Virus record (IMG/VR): IMGVR_UViG_3300001202_000002
Span: 1-62,372 of that record
Source: a virus
DNA length: 62,372 bases
Reading direction: 5' to 3' (one strand)
Under the pieces are notes generated by a model. That model made no database searches. It had not been told where the DNA came from and saw only the letters and a list, made by a program, of their open reading frames with translations. The position numbers and the translations under genes are program-made. Below, piece after piece: positions 50,987 to 60,561 of the stretch (positions are counted from its first letter, which is position 1; every line of letters begins with the position of its first letter).

Positions 50987-53900
50987 ATGGATATTAATGA
51001 CCTGATCGCTCAAGCTAACCCAGGGCAGAACGAAGAAGCTCCTGAAAATTCATCGACAAATAATCTGTTCACACAGACCTTCGGTGAGAACGGTGAGGGT
51101 GCTCGATATACCCCTGCAGTACAAACACAAGAAGAGTTCGATGCCTCTCCCGAGGGTCAGACATTAGAACGTCTCAGTGACCAGTTGAAGACCGGCGGTA
51201 TACGGTTCGCCAGGGATATGTGGTTTAAACTCCGTGCTGCCAACGAACAAAAGCTGCAGGAAGCTCGAAAGAAGGCTGACGAATCTCAAGCCGAACTGGA
51301 TGCTCAATTCGGAGACGACGCAGATGAAGATGAGTTGCTAGCTCGATTCGCAGCCAGGAACAACAGCTCCCTTACGCCCAATCAATTGGCCCAGAACGCT
51401 GCGCGAAGCAAACAGCTGGCGGACACCATCGACGCCAACAATCGTAATATCGAGTTGAAGATTGCTGAGAATGCTGCAGCTGCTGAGTTTCAGGAAGCTA
51501 ACACAGGGATATCTCCTGCGACTGACAAGTTCTTCAGTCCGGATGCAACAGCCAAAGACATGCTCGGTGCGCTGGGCGATGACGGATTCGGCCTGGTCGG
51601 AGACCTGTTAGCACAAAATGCTCCCGGGTTAGGACTCAATGTGGCAGGAGGTGTAGCTACCGGTGGATCTAGTCTCGCAGTTAAAGTAGGGGCACAGGCT
51701 GCTATTGAAGGCGGCATTGTGAACATGCAGGAGTTTGCTGACAGACTGATACGTGACTCAGGGCAAGACATCGATTTCAAAGATCCTGAGATAGTTCGTA
51801 AGCTTTTCGAAAATAGAGAAGCCATAGAGGCCGCGTATAATACAGGAGACAAGGCCGGTGGTGTGGGATTCGGAGGTGCTGCACTATCAACCTTCCTGGC
51901 GATGAAAGGCATTATCCCACTGACAAAGCTGGCCAGCAAACCAGTGAAAAGGATTGCTGAAGTAGGAGCTCAGACGGCTGCGCAAGGTGCTGTGGGAGTA
52001 GGTACTGAGGTAGGTATTGCTGCCGCTGCGGATAGAGAGCTTACTCGGGGAGAGGCTGTGGCCGGTGGGCTGCTTGGTGTGGCTTCTGGTACAATAGACG
52101 CTGCTACCAACAGAGTTCCTGACGCCGCTGTAGAATCGCCTCAGACTACCGAAGGTGCGCAAGTAGATATCGCTCTGTCTAGTCAAGATAAGTTAAACAC
52201 TAATCTTGATAAAATTTATGGGGATTCTGATAGGGCTATATCTGAATTGGATATCCCTACGGCGAGAAAAGATGAGGCGCTGGATGCCTATGAACAGGCT
52301 AAGAATGATGACGCCGTTAGTCCTGAACAACTTGATGAATTACGTACTGCTGCTATAGTAGAGCAGCAAGACTTTGATGCAGAGGTTGCACGGTCCCGAG
52401 AGGAACCTGCGGTAACTCCTGTAGACGATATTGCGCAGGCTGCGGAAACAACGCCTGCCGATGACCCTCAGCTGAAAGCCTTTCGTGAAAAACGAGATGG
52501 TCCTAGGTCTGAGTTCGACGTTCCTGAATCCGATCCGAGGAGCCCTGCTGCAAGGGACTACCTGGATGAAGAGAACTTAATCTTTCGCGATGCAGCTCGT
52601 GATCGTTTCAATAATCCGGAGGAAAACAATGGACAAAGTAACGACCAGCACGTACAGCAAGGGCAAGTGTCAGACCAAAGGGTCTCCGAAGTCCGAGCTG
52701 GTGATAGCAACGTACAGCAAGGACGGGAACAAACAGTCCAAGAAAATGCAGTACAAGAGTTATCCGAAGTAGAAAACGGTCCAGCGGCGGGGAGTTCCGA
52801 TTCCTCGTCGCAAGACTCAACACTCACAGATTTTAATAATACTGTAGCAGGCGATATACAGGCGGCACGGGCGAGAGATCGCCAGGCCGTTAGCGATGAA
52901 GTTGATCGTATCGTAGCAGACAGTAATGAAAACACAACCGCCGTCAATAACATAAACGACCTGGCGGAATCCAACCCAGACCTACACCGACAAATTCGAG
53001 GCATCGAAAATGCAGGCGAAGGCGTAACTGTAGGCGCAGTATTTGATCCCGATACTGATCGCATGTATTTATTCAAAGATAATCTTGACAGTCCTCAACA
53101 GGTTAGGAATGTGGCTCTACACGAAGCGTCACACGCAGCACGACTCTCCGATACTAAAGCTGATAAGAATGCACGAGCAGATCTATTAGAACTACACAAG
53201 GAACTGGGTGGCGACGAAGGGGTCGTCCAGTACGCCAGGGATAACGGGATAGATCTAAGCAGCTATGCTGACAGGTTTGCAGACTTCTCCGACGATCAGC
53301 GTGCCTTCCAAATAACAGACGAACTTCTCGCGCAGGTACATGGTAACGAATCAGGACCTCGAAAGCAGATAGCGCGCCGAGCCCTGTCTAAGATTGAGAA
53401 TCTGGCTAGAGATTTTACCGGTCAGGAAGTAGATCTATTCAAACGTACCGGTGGTCGCGATGAAGTTGACGGATCTGTTATACGACAGATAGCCTCTTCT
53501 GAAAGAACGATTCGAAATAACAAAATCATAGGCAGCAAGTACGGTGTAGTAGCCGCTCCTAAAGATCTCATAGCTCGCGAGGTATTGCCGTGGACGACTC
53601 CTGATTGGCTACCAAACTCCATAGTAAAGTTGTCTGATAGCAACGCAGGTATACGTGCCAATGAATGGTGGAGAAAGAATATACGTGCCGACCGTGGTTT
53701 GGGTAGCGAAGGGTTACGGACGTTAGTGCAAAAGGATGCTGCGATCAGAGACTCTAATGTTAAAGTGCATCAGAAAATTGATATGCTAAACGAAGTAATG
53801 AAAAAGGTTCCCAAAGCTGATCGCGTAGCTGTATCAAAACGTATGGCAGAATATCTGAAAGATCCTGCCGACAAAGGTAAAGGTTTGACAGATGATCAGA

Positions 53901-56650
53901 AGAATATCGCAGATGGAATGCGTGCCGATATCGATAACGGAAGTATCGCGGTGCATGACGTAGTTCTGACAGATCAGTTACGTGCCAAGATATGGAAACT
54001 GAATCAGAAAGACAACGCTAAATACAACCCTAAAGGTGAGGATAGCCTTGTAACCAGAATAGAGAACTGGAAGAAACGTCCAGCCGATAGAGACGATCCT
54101 GAGAAAGAAGAATACTTTAAACTAATACCTCAGGATATAAAAAACCACATCAAACTCATGGAAATTATTTCCGATAAAGTTGGTGCGTACCTGCGCAGAT
54201 CTTATCGTGCGCATAGCGATGCGACCTACCGTGCTGAAGTCATGAATGACAAAAAGCTTGTCGATAGTTATTCGCGAGATCTTATAGATATGGATCATGA
54301 AAACTCAAAAGAGGCTAGAAAGGTTACGTCTGCTAAAAGAAACCTAGATAGAATTAAGAATCAGGCGTCCCCTCAGCAGAAGACTCTGGATAAGGCTCAG
54401 TCTCGTCTGGACAAAGCAGAAGAAGCTCTGTTAAAACGACCGCAAATGGATATCAAAGAGGCGCGAGCTACCTTATCTCAGATGCTTGAAAGAGCTAGCG
54501 ATAATGAGTCTATAAATATGGTTAGCGGTGGTAACCTTATGAAGATTAATAAAAATTCGTTCAAGGCTCAAACTTTACAGGACCCTCGCATGAGAAGAAT
54601 TCTCGGAGAGCACGACGATGTGGCTACCGTATATGCTCAGTCGGTGAATACACTTGACGGCATAGCCGCTAGTCACCAAATGCAGAAAGCGTTATTCCCC
54701 GTACTGCAGAAGATGGGTTTTATATCTCAGACAAAGAGCCGTGACGCTATCGCCAAAGACCCTATAGAAAAACCGATGATGGAAGGCGACCCCATGTCAT
54801 TGATGAATGGTTTCTTCACTACGCCTGTAGTTGATGCAGCTGTTGCCAATTCTATAAACGGTTTTCAGTTGAGCAAGAATAAAGTCCTAGCCAGTCTGGT
54901 TAAGTCCAGTGCTGCTGTGAACTACGGTAAGACAATACTGTCGCCTCCGACTCACGTGGGCAACTATGTATCCAACTTCTTTATTCGTGGAGCTAACGGA
55001 CACTTGCTTACCGGTGGATTGAATAAGGAGACTGCATTTCTAAAGGACGTGCTATTCAAGAAAGATCCTGAAGCTATTGCAGAGTATCGCAAGCTGACTA
55101 GACTGGGTGTAGTTAGTGAGACCATCGATATCAATGAGCTGGCCGATATTCTGGGTCAAGGTAAGGGTGCCACCAGGCAGAGATTTGAAGCTTGGCTGGA
55201 TGACCCTGAAGTTATGAGCATGATCGATGTTGCAAACAGTGCTGATCTGACTAAGCTGAGTCTGAAGAATGCAGGAAAACTGAAGCGCGTTGTAGAATCT
55301 CTGTACGGAGCGGAAGACGATCTCTTTAAGATTGCAGCATTCCGACGAGAGCGAGACCTGGCTACCAAGTACAAAGGACTCAAAGGCGCAGAGGCCGATG
55401 ACTATGCAGCGCAGAGAGTGCGCGACGGTTATCTCATGTATAGCGAATTGAACCAGCTGGTTAAGGATATTAAGAACGCTCCGGGTATAGGTGTGTTTGT
55501 ATCATTTCCAGCAGCATTAATCAAAGCAGCTAAGGGCCAGATACGTCTAGCAGCGCAGGATCTTATCGACGAAGATTTACCTTCGTCTGTCCGTGTTCAA
55601 AGATCAATAGGTCTTGTGGGTGCTTACGGAGCTACATCAGCGGCAGCCGCTACATCAGGGCTACTTACCGGCATCGGTAGCGAAGAGGAAGATGCCTGGC
55701 GGCAGAGTCTACCCGAATGGTCTCGACAAAATGACATCTTATTCTTAGGACGAGAAGATAACGGCGACCCCATATACATCGATCTCAATCGCTTCGATCC
55801 TTTCAGTTACTTCGAGACGGGTATGCGAGAGCTTACGAAGTCCAACGATGACACGTTTCTAGGTGTTAATACAAATCTATATGACATGGCTAAGAGTTAT
55901 GTTTCACCTTTCGTAGGTCTAAACATAATGACCGGTGCATTGGTTGAGTCGGCTACTGGTATAGACTTGACAAGTAAGAACAGAATCACTAACCCAGCCC
56001 TGTCCAATGAAGCACAAGGCATGGATAGGATTTTGGATTTTGCAAAAACAGTAATGCCTGGATTTGCTACACAGGGATTGAATATATTCGATGCTGCTGT
56101 CAACGATAAGAAATGGTACGGATCTGAAAACTCTCTGGACAAAGCAGCACTGAAAGCTTTCGGTCTGAACATAGGTCGTATGGATCGTGACGTTAGCATG
56201 AGATTCTTTGCATCCAGTTCTAATAGAGAGTTGTCGAACGCAAAGAACATAATCAGTCGAGCTATGGGTGACCTGTCCAACAGTGCAAACTATCCGGAGA
56301 TAAAGAAAGCCCTCTTCGCTGGACGAAATGCTCAGATGAAAACCTACAAAAATGTTCTGAAAATGATAGAGGTAATGCGTGATCTGGAATTGTCAGATGA
56401 TAAAATCAGCGGCATGTTGAAAAATAACGGGCATTCCAAGAAGTCAGTAAAGAAACTCATGGCCGGTGAATTCCCGGATCTCACAGTATCCGGTCGAGAA
56501 GGCTCCAGGGCTCACGGAAACGCCCTTATCCTGGCTGATTCCGAGGAAGACACAGCTCAGGAGAAGGCTGAGAGAAATCGTCGTGTAGAGCTTCTCAGGA
56601 GAGCTCACGACGAATGGCTAGAATCTGACGAAAATCTGGGTGTGCTATAA
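50987..56650 (+). CDS. giant (1887 aa) internal virion / polyvalent-type protein with HExxH zincin-like motif
   Basis: Track ORF. VALHEASHAARL lies at 53120..53134, and there are Gly/Ala-rich hydrophobic segments (residues ~290-370). Confidence 0.6.
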   Translation: MDINDLIAQANPGQNEEAPENSSTNNLFTQTFGENGEGARYTPAVQTQEEFDASPEGQTLERLSDQLKTGGIRFARDMWFKLRAANEQKLQEARKKADESQAELDAQFGDDADEDELLARFAARNNSSLTPNQLAQNAARSKQLADTIDANNRNIELKIAENAAAAEFQEANTGISPATDKFFSPDATAKDMLGALGDDGFGLVGDLLAQNAPGLGLNVAGGVATGGSSLAVKVGAQAAIEGGIVNMQEFADRLIRDSGQDIDFKDPEIVRKLFENREAIEAAYNTGDKAGGVGFGGAALSTFLAMKGIIPLTKLASKPVKRIAEVGAQTAAQGAVGVGTEVGIAAAADRELTRGEAVAGGLLGVASGTIDAATNRVPDAAVESPQTTEGAQVDIALSSQDKLNTNLDKIYGDSDRAISELDIPTARKDEALDAYEQAKNDDAVSPEQLDELRTAAIVEQQDFDAEVARSREEPAVTPVDDIAQAAETTPADDPQLKAFREKRDGPRSEFDVPESDPRSPAARDYLDEENLIFRDAARDRFNNPEENNGQSNDQHVQQGQVSDQRVSEVRAGDSNVQQGREQTVQENAVQELSEVENGPAAGSSDSSSQDSTLTDFNNTVAGDIQAARARDRQAVSDEVDRIVADSNENTTAVNNINDLAESNPDLHRQIRGIENAGEGVTVGAVFDPDTDRMYLFKDNLDSPQQVRNVALHEASHAARLSDTKADKNARADLLELHKELGGDEGVVQYARDNGIDLSSYADRFADFSDDQRAFQITDELLAQVHGNESGPRKQIARRALSKIENLARDFTGQEVDLFKRTGGRDEVDGSVIRQIASSERTIRNNKIIGSKYGVVAAPKDLIAREVLPWTTPDWLPNSIVKLSDSNAGIRANEWWRKNIRADRGLGSEGLRTLVQKDAAIRDSNVKVHQKIDMLNEVMKKVPKADRVAVSKRMAEYLKDPADKGKGLTDDQKNIADGMRADIDNGSIAVHDVVLTDQLRAKIWKLNQKDNAKYNPKGEDSLVTRIENWKKRPADRDDPEKEEYFKLIPQDIKNHIKLMEIISDKVGAYLRRSYRAHSDATYRAEVMNDKKLVDSYSRDLIDMDHENSKEARKVTSAKRNLDRIKNQASPQQKTLDKAQSRLDKAEEALLKRPQMDIKEARATLSQMLERASDNESINMVSGGNLMKINKNSFKAQTLQDPRMRRILGEHDDVATVYAQSVNTLDGIAASHQMQKALFPVLQKMGFISQTKSRDAIAKDPIEKPMMEGDPMSLMNGFFTTPVVDAAVANSINGFQLSKNKVLASLVKSSAAVNYGKTILSPPTHVGNYVSNFFIRGANGHLLTGGLNKETAFLKDVLFKKDPEAIAEYRKLTRLGVVSETIDINELADILGQGKGATRQRFEAWLDDPEVMSMIDVANSADLTKLSLKNAGKLKRVVESLYGAEDDLFKIAAFRRERDLATKYKGLKGAEADDYAAQRVRDGYLMYSELNQLVKDIKNAPGIGVFVSFPAALIKAAKGQIRLAAQDLIDEDLPSSVRVQRSIGLVGAYGATSAAAATSGLLTGIGSEEEDAWRQSLPEWSRQNDILFLGREDNGDPIYIDLNRFDPFSYFETGMRELTKSNDDTFLGVNTNLYDMAKSYVSPFVGLNIMTGALVESATGIDLTSKNRITNPALSNEAQGMDRILDFAKTVMPGFATQGLNIFDAAVNDKKWYGSENSLDKAALKAFGLNIGRMDRDVSMRFFASSSNRELSNAKNIISRAMGDLSNSANYPEIKKALFAGRNAQMKTYKNVLKMIEVMRDLELSDDKISGMLKNNGHSKKSVKKLMAGEFPDLTVSGREGSRAHGNALILADSEEDTAQEKAERNRRVELLRRAHDEWLESDENLGVL

Positions 56651-56651
56651 T
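56643..56651 (+). promoter_or_regulatory. extended -10 element TGCTATAAT
   Basis: Exact TGnTATAAT overlapping the stop of the giant ORF, 40 nt before the holin-like gene. Confidence 0.4.
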
Positions 56652-56690
56652 AATGGGTACTATTTCACACTATTTTAGGACATTGTAACA

Positions 56691-57011
56691 GTGGGTAAAC
56701 TCATAGAACAATACATGCTGTTGGGAGGTCTTATTATTTTTGGGGCCACTGCGCACGCTTTGGCTCAATTATCTACCGCCAGGAAACGGGAGCTCAAATT
56801 CGATTGGCTCGACTTCCTCATCGCCCTGGTGATATCGGCATTCTCAGGAACTATATTCGGCATCATGGCCGCACTATGGTGGGAGAATTCTTTAGCCATA
56901 CACGCAGTCGCTGGGGTAGGAGCATTCCTAGGGCTCAAAGGTTTGAACACGCTATCTGAGGCACTAATCACAGTTCTCGTATCTCGTGTTAATAAGGATG
57001 GTAAATTGTGA
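56691..57011 (+). CDS. holin-like membrane protein (3 TMDs)
   Basis: GTG start, with three hydrophobic helices and a charged C-terminus. Confidence 0.5.
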   Translation: MGKLIEQYMLLGGLIIFGATAHALAQLSTARKRELKFDWLDFLIALVISAFSGTIFGIMAALWWENSLAIHAVAGVGAFLGLKGLNTLSEALITVLVSRVNKDGKL

Positions 57012-57232
57012 ACACACAGAGATTAGAGCGACATTGTTTCAACATTTCCTCAATAGTTCGTAGTATACTGTGTGGAGTGGTTATGGTACTGACTGTAGGT
57101 GGAGCGGCAACGCTTATGTCCGACACGCCAAGTCCCGAAGCTGCTTCAAACACACAAACTATTGAGGTAATACAAAATGAATCTAACCCGACAATTCTCG
57201 ACGGGAATTCTACTAACGAGCCTGATACTTAG
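57008..57232 (+). CDS. hypothetical membrane protein (1 TMD)
   Basis: Track ORF with ILCGVVMVLTVGGAATLM. Confidence 0.45.
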   Translation: MNTQRLERHCFNISSIVRSILCGVVMVLTVGGAATLMSDTPSPEAASNTQTIEVIQNESNPTILDGNSTNEPDT

Positions 57233-59474
57233 CGGTATCGTCTCAGCACAATCGGTAACGCCCAGACTAAGCTATGCAGATAGTTTCAGTTCGAACGGCG
57301 TATGCTACATAGACTCCAATTTAGATCATGGCATCGGTGACGTACTAGTCGATACCCCTCGTGGTCGCATGACGGTACGGCAAGTCGCAGCAGCGATGGA
57401 CGCTCCCCCTCGTGGTAACAACCCCTTATACAATGACGTACAGTGTGGCAACGGCCCAGCTAATAATGCTGGCGACGAAGACCCAGGCGTGTGTCCCGGT
57501 CGTGTAGACCAGGGTGCCTCTGGCTGCTCCGTAATAGGTCCTTTATGGGATTTGGACGCCGTGTTCCCCACAACTACTCAAGCCGATATGATCGCGGCTA
57601 GCGCGGCTGCTAACGAGACTGTCAGCGCATCTGAGGGACCTATCTTGACTGAGGGTCCTGGCGCCAGGGAGGCTATCCGCAGCGTGTTCAACGGGCCCGT
57701 GGATTGTGACAGGATTAACGGTGTGCTTACGTGTGCCAATTACCAATTGGGTTCCGGCGCTCCGGCTGGAGTACCTCAGCTGAGCTCTTTGACTCCTACG
57801 TCTGTCCCAACCCCGGCACCTATGCCTGAGCCTGCACCTACGCCTTCGCCAACTCCGGAACCAGAACCTGTCCCACCAGTGGAAGTTCCTCCGATGATAG
57901 CGGACGCAGCGTTTCTGTTTCAGGGAGGCAATGCTCGACAGCAATTGGCTGCAGTATTCGACGGACCTGTGGACTGTGACAGGATAGGTGGTATTTTAAA
58001 TTGCGCCAACTATCAATTGGGATCGAACGCCCCCGCTGGCGTACCCACGCTGGCCCAATTGGGAGGTACGGTAACGACCCCTCAACCTTCCCCTCAGCCT
58101 TCCCCACAACCTACACCACCTGTAACCGGTACCGATGTGATAACGGTACAGGTTGAAGATTTCGTATCTTCGTCGGTGGGTAGCAGCACGGTACACTCTT
58201 GGGAAGTACGATCAGAACTTGGAGAGACTGGTGTACAACTATTACCAGTGACACGACGAACGGACGATGATCGTCTGCGTAGGAATTTTAACTTCTGGGA
58301 CTTCCCAGACGATAACACTCCGTATTTATCGTACAACATAAATCTGGAGCAAGGCGGTACGTTTCTGGTCGAGACTCGCATTCTCCATAGAACTACTGAA
58401 GACAATGGCGCACATATGTGGATCAACGGTCGATGGGTTCTGGAAAGAATACAGTGGTGCCGTCCCAACTCTTGGCAGTATTCTTCGGCTATTCGTTTGA
58501 ACTCTAACCCTTGCGGAGTTCAGGGTACTACGGTTGTTACATTGCCTGCAGGGCAATCGGAGATTCGTCTGGGAGCCAGAGAGGACGGGTTGTTTGCAGA
58601 CGAGTTTCGATTCGTCCGGCAAACTACGTCAGGAATGTTTGTGGACAATAGCTCACCAACCCCAGCAGGAGTTGCGCCAATACCTAACGACGCTCTGTAT
58701 AGCGACGGCGACCTGCTAATGCTCAACTATGACCATGCCCCCGATCAGGATGACGGACATGCTACTGTAGCCGGTAGAATGGTTGTCGAGTATTACGGAT
58801 TGCGTGATAGCACTTTGGTTATATCAGGAGCCTATGGATTCAGCAACGCTAATACTTACAATCCGGATTCGGAAATTGTATCGGCTACTACCTGGGGCGC
58901 GGAAGGTACCAACGAGACTTGGTGGAATGCTGACGCTCGACGCAATACAGTTGTCAATGTCATGGCTTCTGCTATGAATTCTACCCTGGCGACAGGTAAT
59001 CGAGTATGGGTATTGGAAGGTGGACAGTCAGATCTGACTGCGGATGCTATTCGTATCGTTCAGCAAAATGCCCCTGACGCTAACCTGAAAAACATTTTCG
59101 TAATACAGCACAGTCATTGTGGATCGAACGGATGTTCCAGTGCCAATAGAGGTGGATTCAACGAAAGAAATACACAAAATGCTAATGTCAATTACATAAT
59201 CGATGTGGCTAATTTTGTTCGTATTGACAACGGTAACTTTGGTGGTAACAGTACATCTGATCTAAATGATCAAGGCGGTACTGCGCAACGTGCTTCGGAT
59301 GCCTTGTTAGCTGATCCAATATATGGCTCCGCATGGCAAGCTGCATTTACGTATTACGATCCTGTTCGATTCCGTCTGGACTTTTCAGACACTGTTGAAT
59401 TGCTATTTGTATTAGGTCTTGACTCCGGAGACATAGGTGATACTGAGGATTTTGCAAACTTCTTCGCCAGGTAG
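57177..59474 (+). CDS. secreted multidomain protein: Sec signal peptide, duplicated Cys-containing module, Pro-rich linkers, CBM-like domain, nucleoside-hydrolase-like C-terminal domain
   Basis: Signal peptide MNLTRQFSTGILLTSLILSGIVSAQS. The repeat VF[ND]GPVDCDRI.G.L.CANYQLGS.APAGVP occurs twice (57663..57785 and 57933..58055). The C-terminus contains NYDHAPDQDDGHA. Confidence 0.65.
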   Translation: MNLTRQFSTGILLTSLILSGIVSAQSVTPRLSYADSFSSNGVCYIDSNLDHGIGDVLVDTPRGRMTVRQVAAAMDAPPRGNNPLYNDVQCGNGPANNAGDEDPGVCPGRVDQGASGCSVIGPLWDLDAVFPTTTQADMIAASAAANETVSASEGPILTEGPGAREAIRSVFNGPVDCDRINGVLTCANYQLGSGAPAGVPQLSSLTPTSVPTPAPMPEPAPTPSPTPEPEPVPPVEVPPMIADAAFLFQGGNARQQLAAVFDGPVDCDRIGGILNCANYQLGSNAPAGVPTLAQLGGTVTTPQPSPQPSPQPTPPVTGTDVITVQVEDFVSSSVGSSTVHSWEVRSELGETGVQLLPVTRRTDDDRLRRNFNFWDFPDDNTPYLSYNINLEQGGTFLVETRILHRTTEDNGAHMWINGRWVLERIQWCRPNSWQYSSAIRLNSNPCGVQGTTVVTLPAGQSEIRLGAREDGLFADEFRFVRQTTSGMFVDNSSPTPAGVAPIPNDALYSDGDLLMLNYDHAPDQDDGHATVAGRMVVEYYGLRDSTLVISGAYGFSNANTYNPDSEIVSATTWGAEGTNETWWNADARRNTVVNVMASAMNSTLATGNRVWVLEGGQSDLTADAIRIVQQNAPDANLKNIFVIQHSHCGSNGCSSANRGGFNERNTQNANVNYIIDVANFVRIDNGNFGGNSTSDLNDQGGTAQRASDALLADPIYGSAWQAAFTYYDPVRFRLDFSDTVELLFVLGLDSGDIGDTEDFANFFAR

Positions 59475-59496
59475 TTTTACCTGAAGCCGAAAGCAA

Positions 59497-59521
59497 GGGG
59501 AGCACTCAGGCTCCCCTTTTT
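59497..59521. terminator. bidirectional rho-independent terminator at the convergence of the two transcription blocks
   Basis: GGGGAGC-actcag-GCTCCCC followed by TTTTT. The reverse strand has the same stem followed by TTGCTTT. Confidence 0.8.
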
Positions 59522-59973
59522 CATGCCTGCTGTTTGGGGGAGGTTTTCTGAGAATGGCAGTTAGGACAAAGAAGCTGCAGATTTTCTTCCCTATCATCAA
59601 GCCAATTACTATCTATATGATCCACAGTGAGTGTTAGAGGTTTATCATTCCAGGCTTCCCCAATACCACAATCGTTACATACATCTGGGACGCCCACCTC
59701 TCTCAATGCTCTGCGTAAGTGGAGAGACTTAGCTCGATACCCATCCTTTCTAAGAACTAGAATATCTTTAGCGGTACGCTTATTGAAAGAAGACTTGCCT
59801 TTGTTGTGGGCCTGTCCAGTGAAATGCGAGGTATCGATACCTGCTCTTCGTATTCTACTTGATATGTGGGAATGGCTTCCGCCTGTCATGCGGATACCTA
59901 ATTGCCGGAGAACTCCGGCTACAGATTTGGATTTAGATACAGCTAGCGATATGTCATCGTCAGAATATTTCAC
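59521..59973 (-). CDS. HNH endonuclease (different subtype from the three plus-strand paralogs)
   Basis: LTVDHIDSNWLDDREENLQLLCPNCHSQK. Confidence 0.85.
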   Translation of the reverse strand: MKYSDDDISLAVSKSKSVAGVLRQLGIRMTGGSHSHISSRIRRAGIDTSHFTGQAHNKGKSSFNKRTAKDILVLRKDGYRAKSLHLRRALREVGVPDVCNDCGIGEAWNDKPLTLTVDHIDSNWLDDREENLQLLCPNCHSQKTSPKQQA

Positions 59974-60218
59974 AGTACATAAGGCTCGTAATCCCCTGGT
60001 GGAGGGTCCCCACGACTAATCTTACCGTCGGGATTGAGCAATTCTGCGTAGTGGGTTGTGCCGAAACACCATATACGGACCCATATCCGATAATCAGGAT
60101 TAGAACCTATATTGTGGTACGTATCCATCGCCTCTTCTACTGTAGCCACACACCATCGGATATGCCACATATCATGCTCCCAGGTTTGGATAAGGACATG
60201 GCGCTTAGGCTCAGTCAT
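59970..60218 (-). CDS. hypothetical protein
   Basis: Track ORF with a 4-nt overlap. Confidence 0.5.
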   Translation of the reverse strand: MTEPKRHVLIQTWEHDMWHIRWCVATVEEAMDTYHNIGSNPDYRIWVRIWCFGTTHYAELLNPDGKISRGDPPPGDYEPYVL

Positions 60219-60561
60219 CTTTTTTGTTGAACACTATTGTACGCATATCTTCAAGATGAGCCTGGATATGGCTGATACGACCATCAGTATTCATCTCATG
60301 CGTAGGACGGAGCCCCATATCATAAAGATTGTCAAGAAGCATCTGCAGATCTTCACGAACAAGACCCGTCAATAATGGTTCTGCAGGTAGCATTTCGTTA
60401 GTATCTATTCTGACAACCTCGCCAGGCTGCGCAACTTCTATTTTACCGTCACGCCCCTGGCGAAACACATGCAGAGAACTGCCGAAACTATACGGGTCCA
60501 TCTGCATGAGACGAATTTGCAGGGGACCTACGTCCCCTGGTCTCCAACCGTTCCTACTCAC
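60211..60561 (-). CDS. hypothetical protein
   Basis: Track ORF in operon context. Confidence 0.5.
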   Translation of the reverse strand: MSRNGWRPGDVGPLQIRLMQMDPYSFGSSLHVFRQGRDGKIEVAQPGEVVRIDTNEMLPAEPLLTGLVREDLQMLLDNLYDMGLRPTHEMNTDGRISHIQAHLEDMRTIVFNKKDD

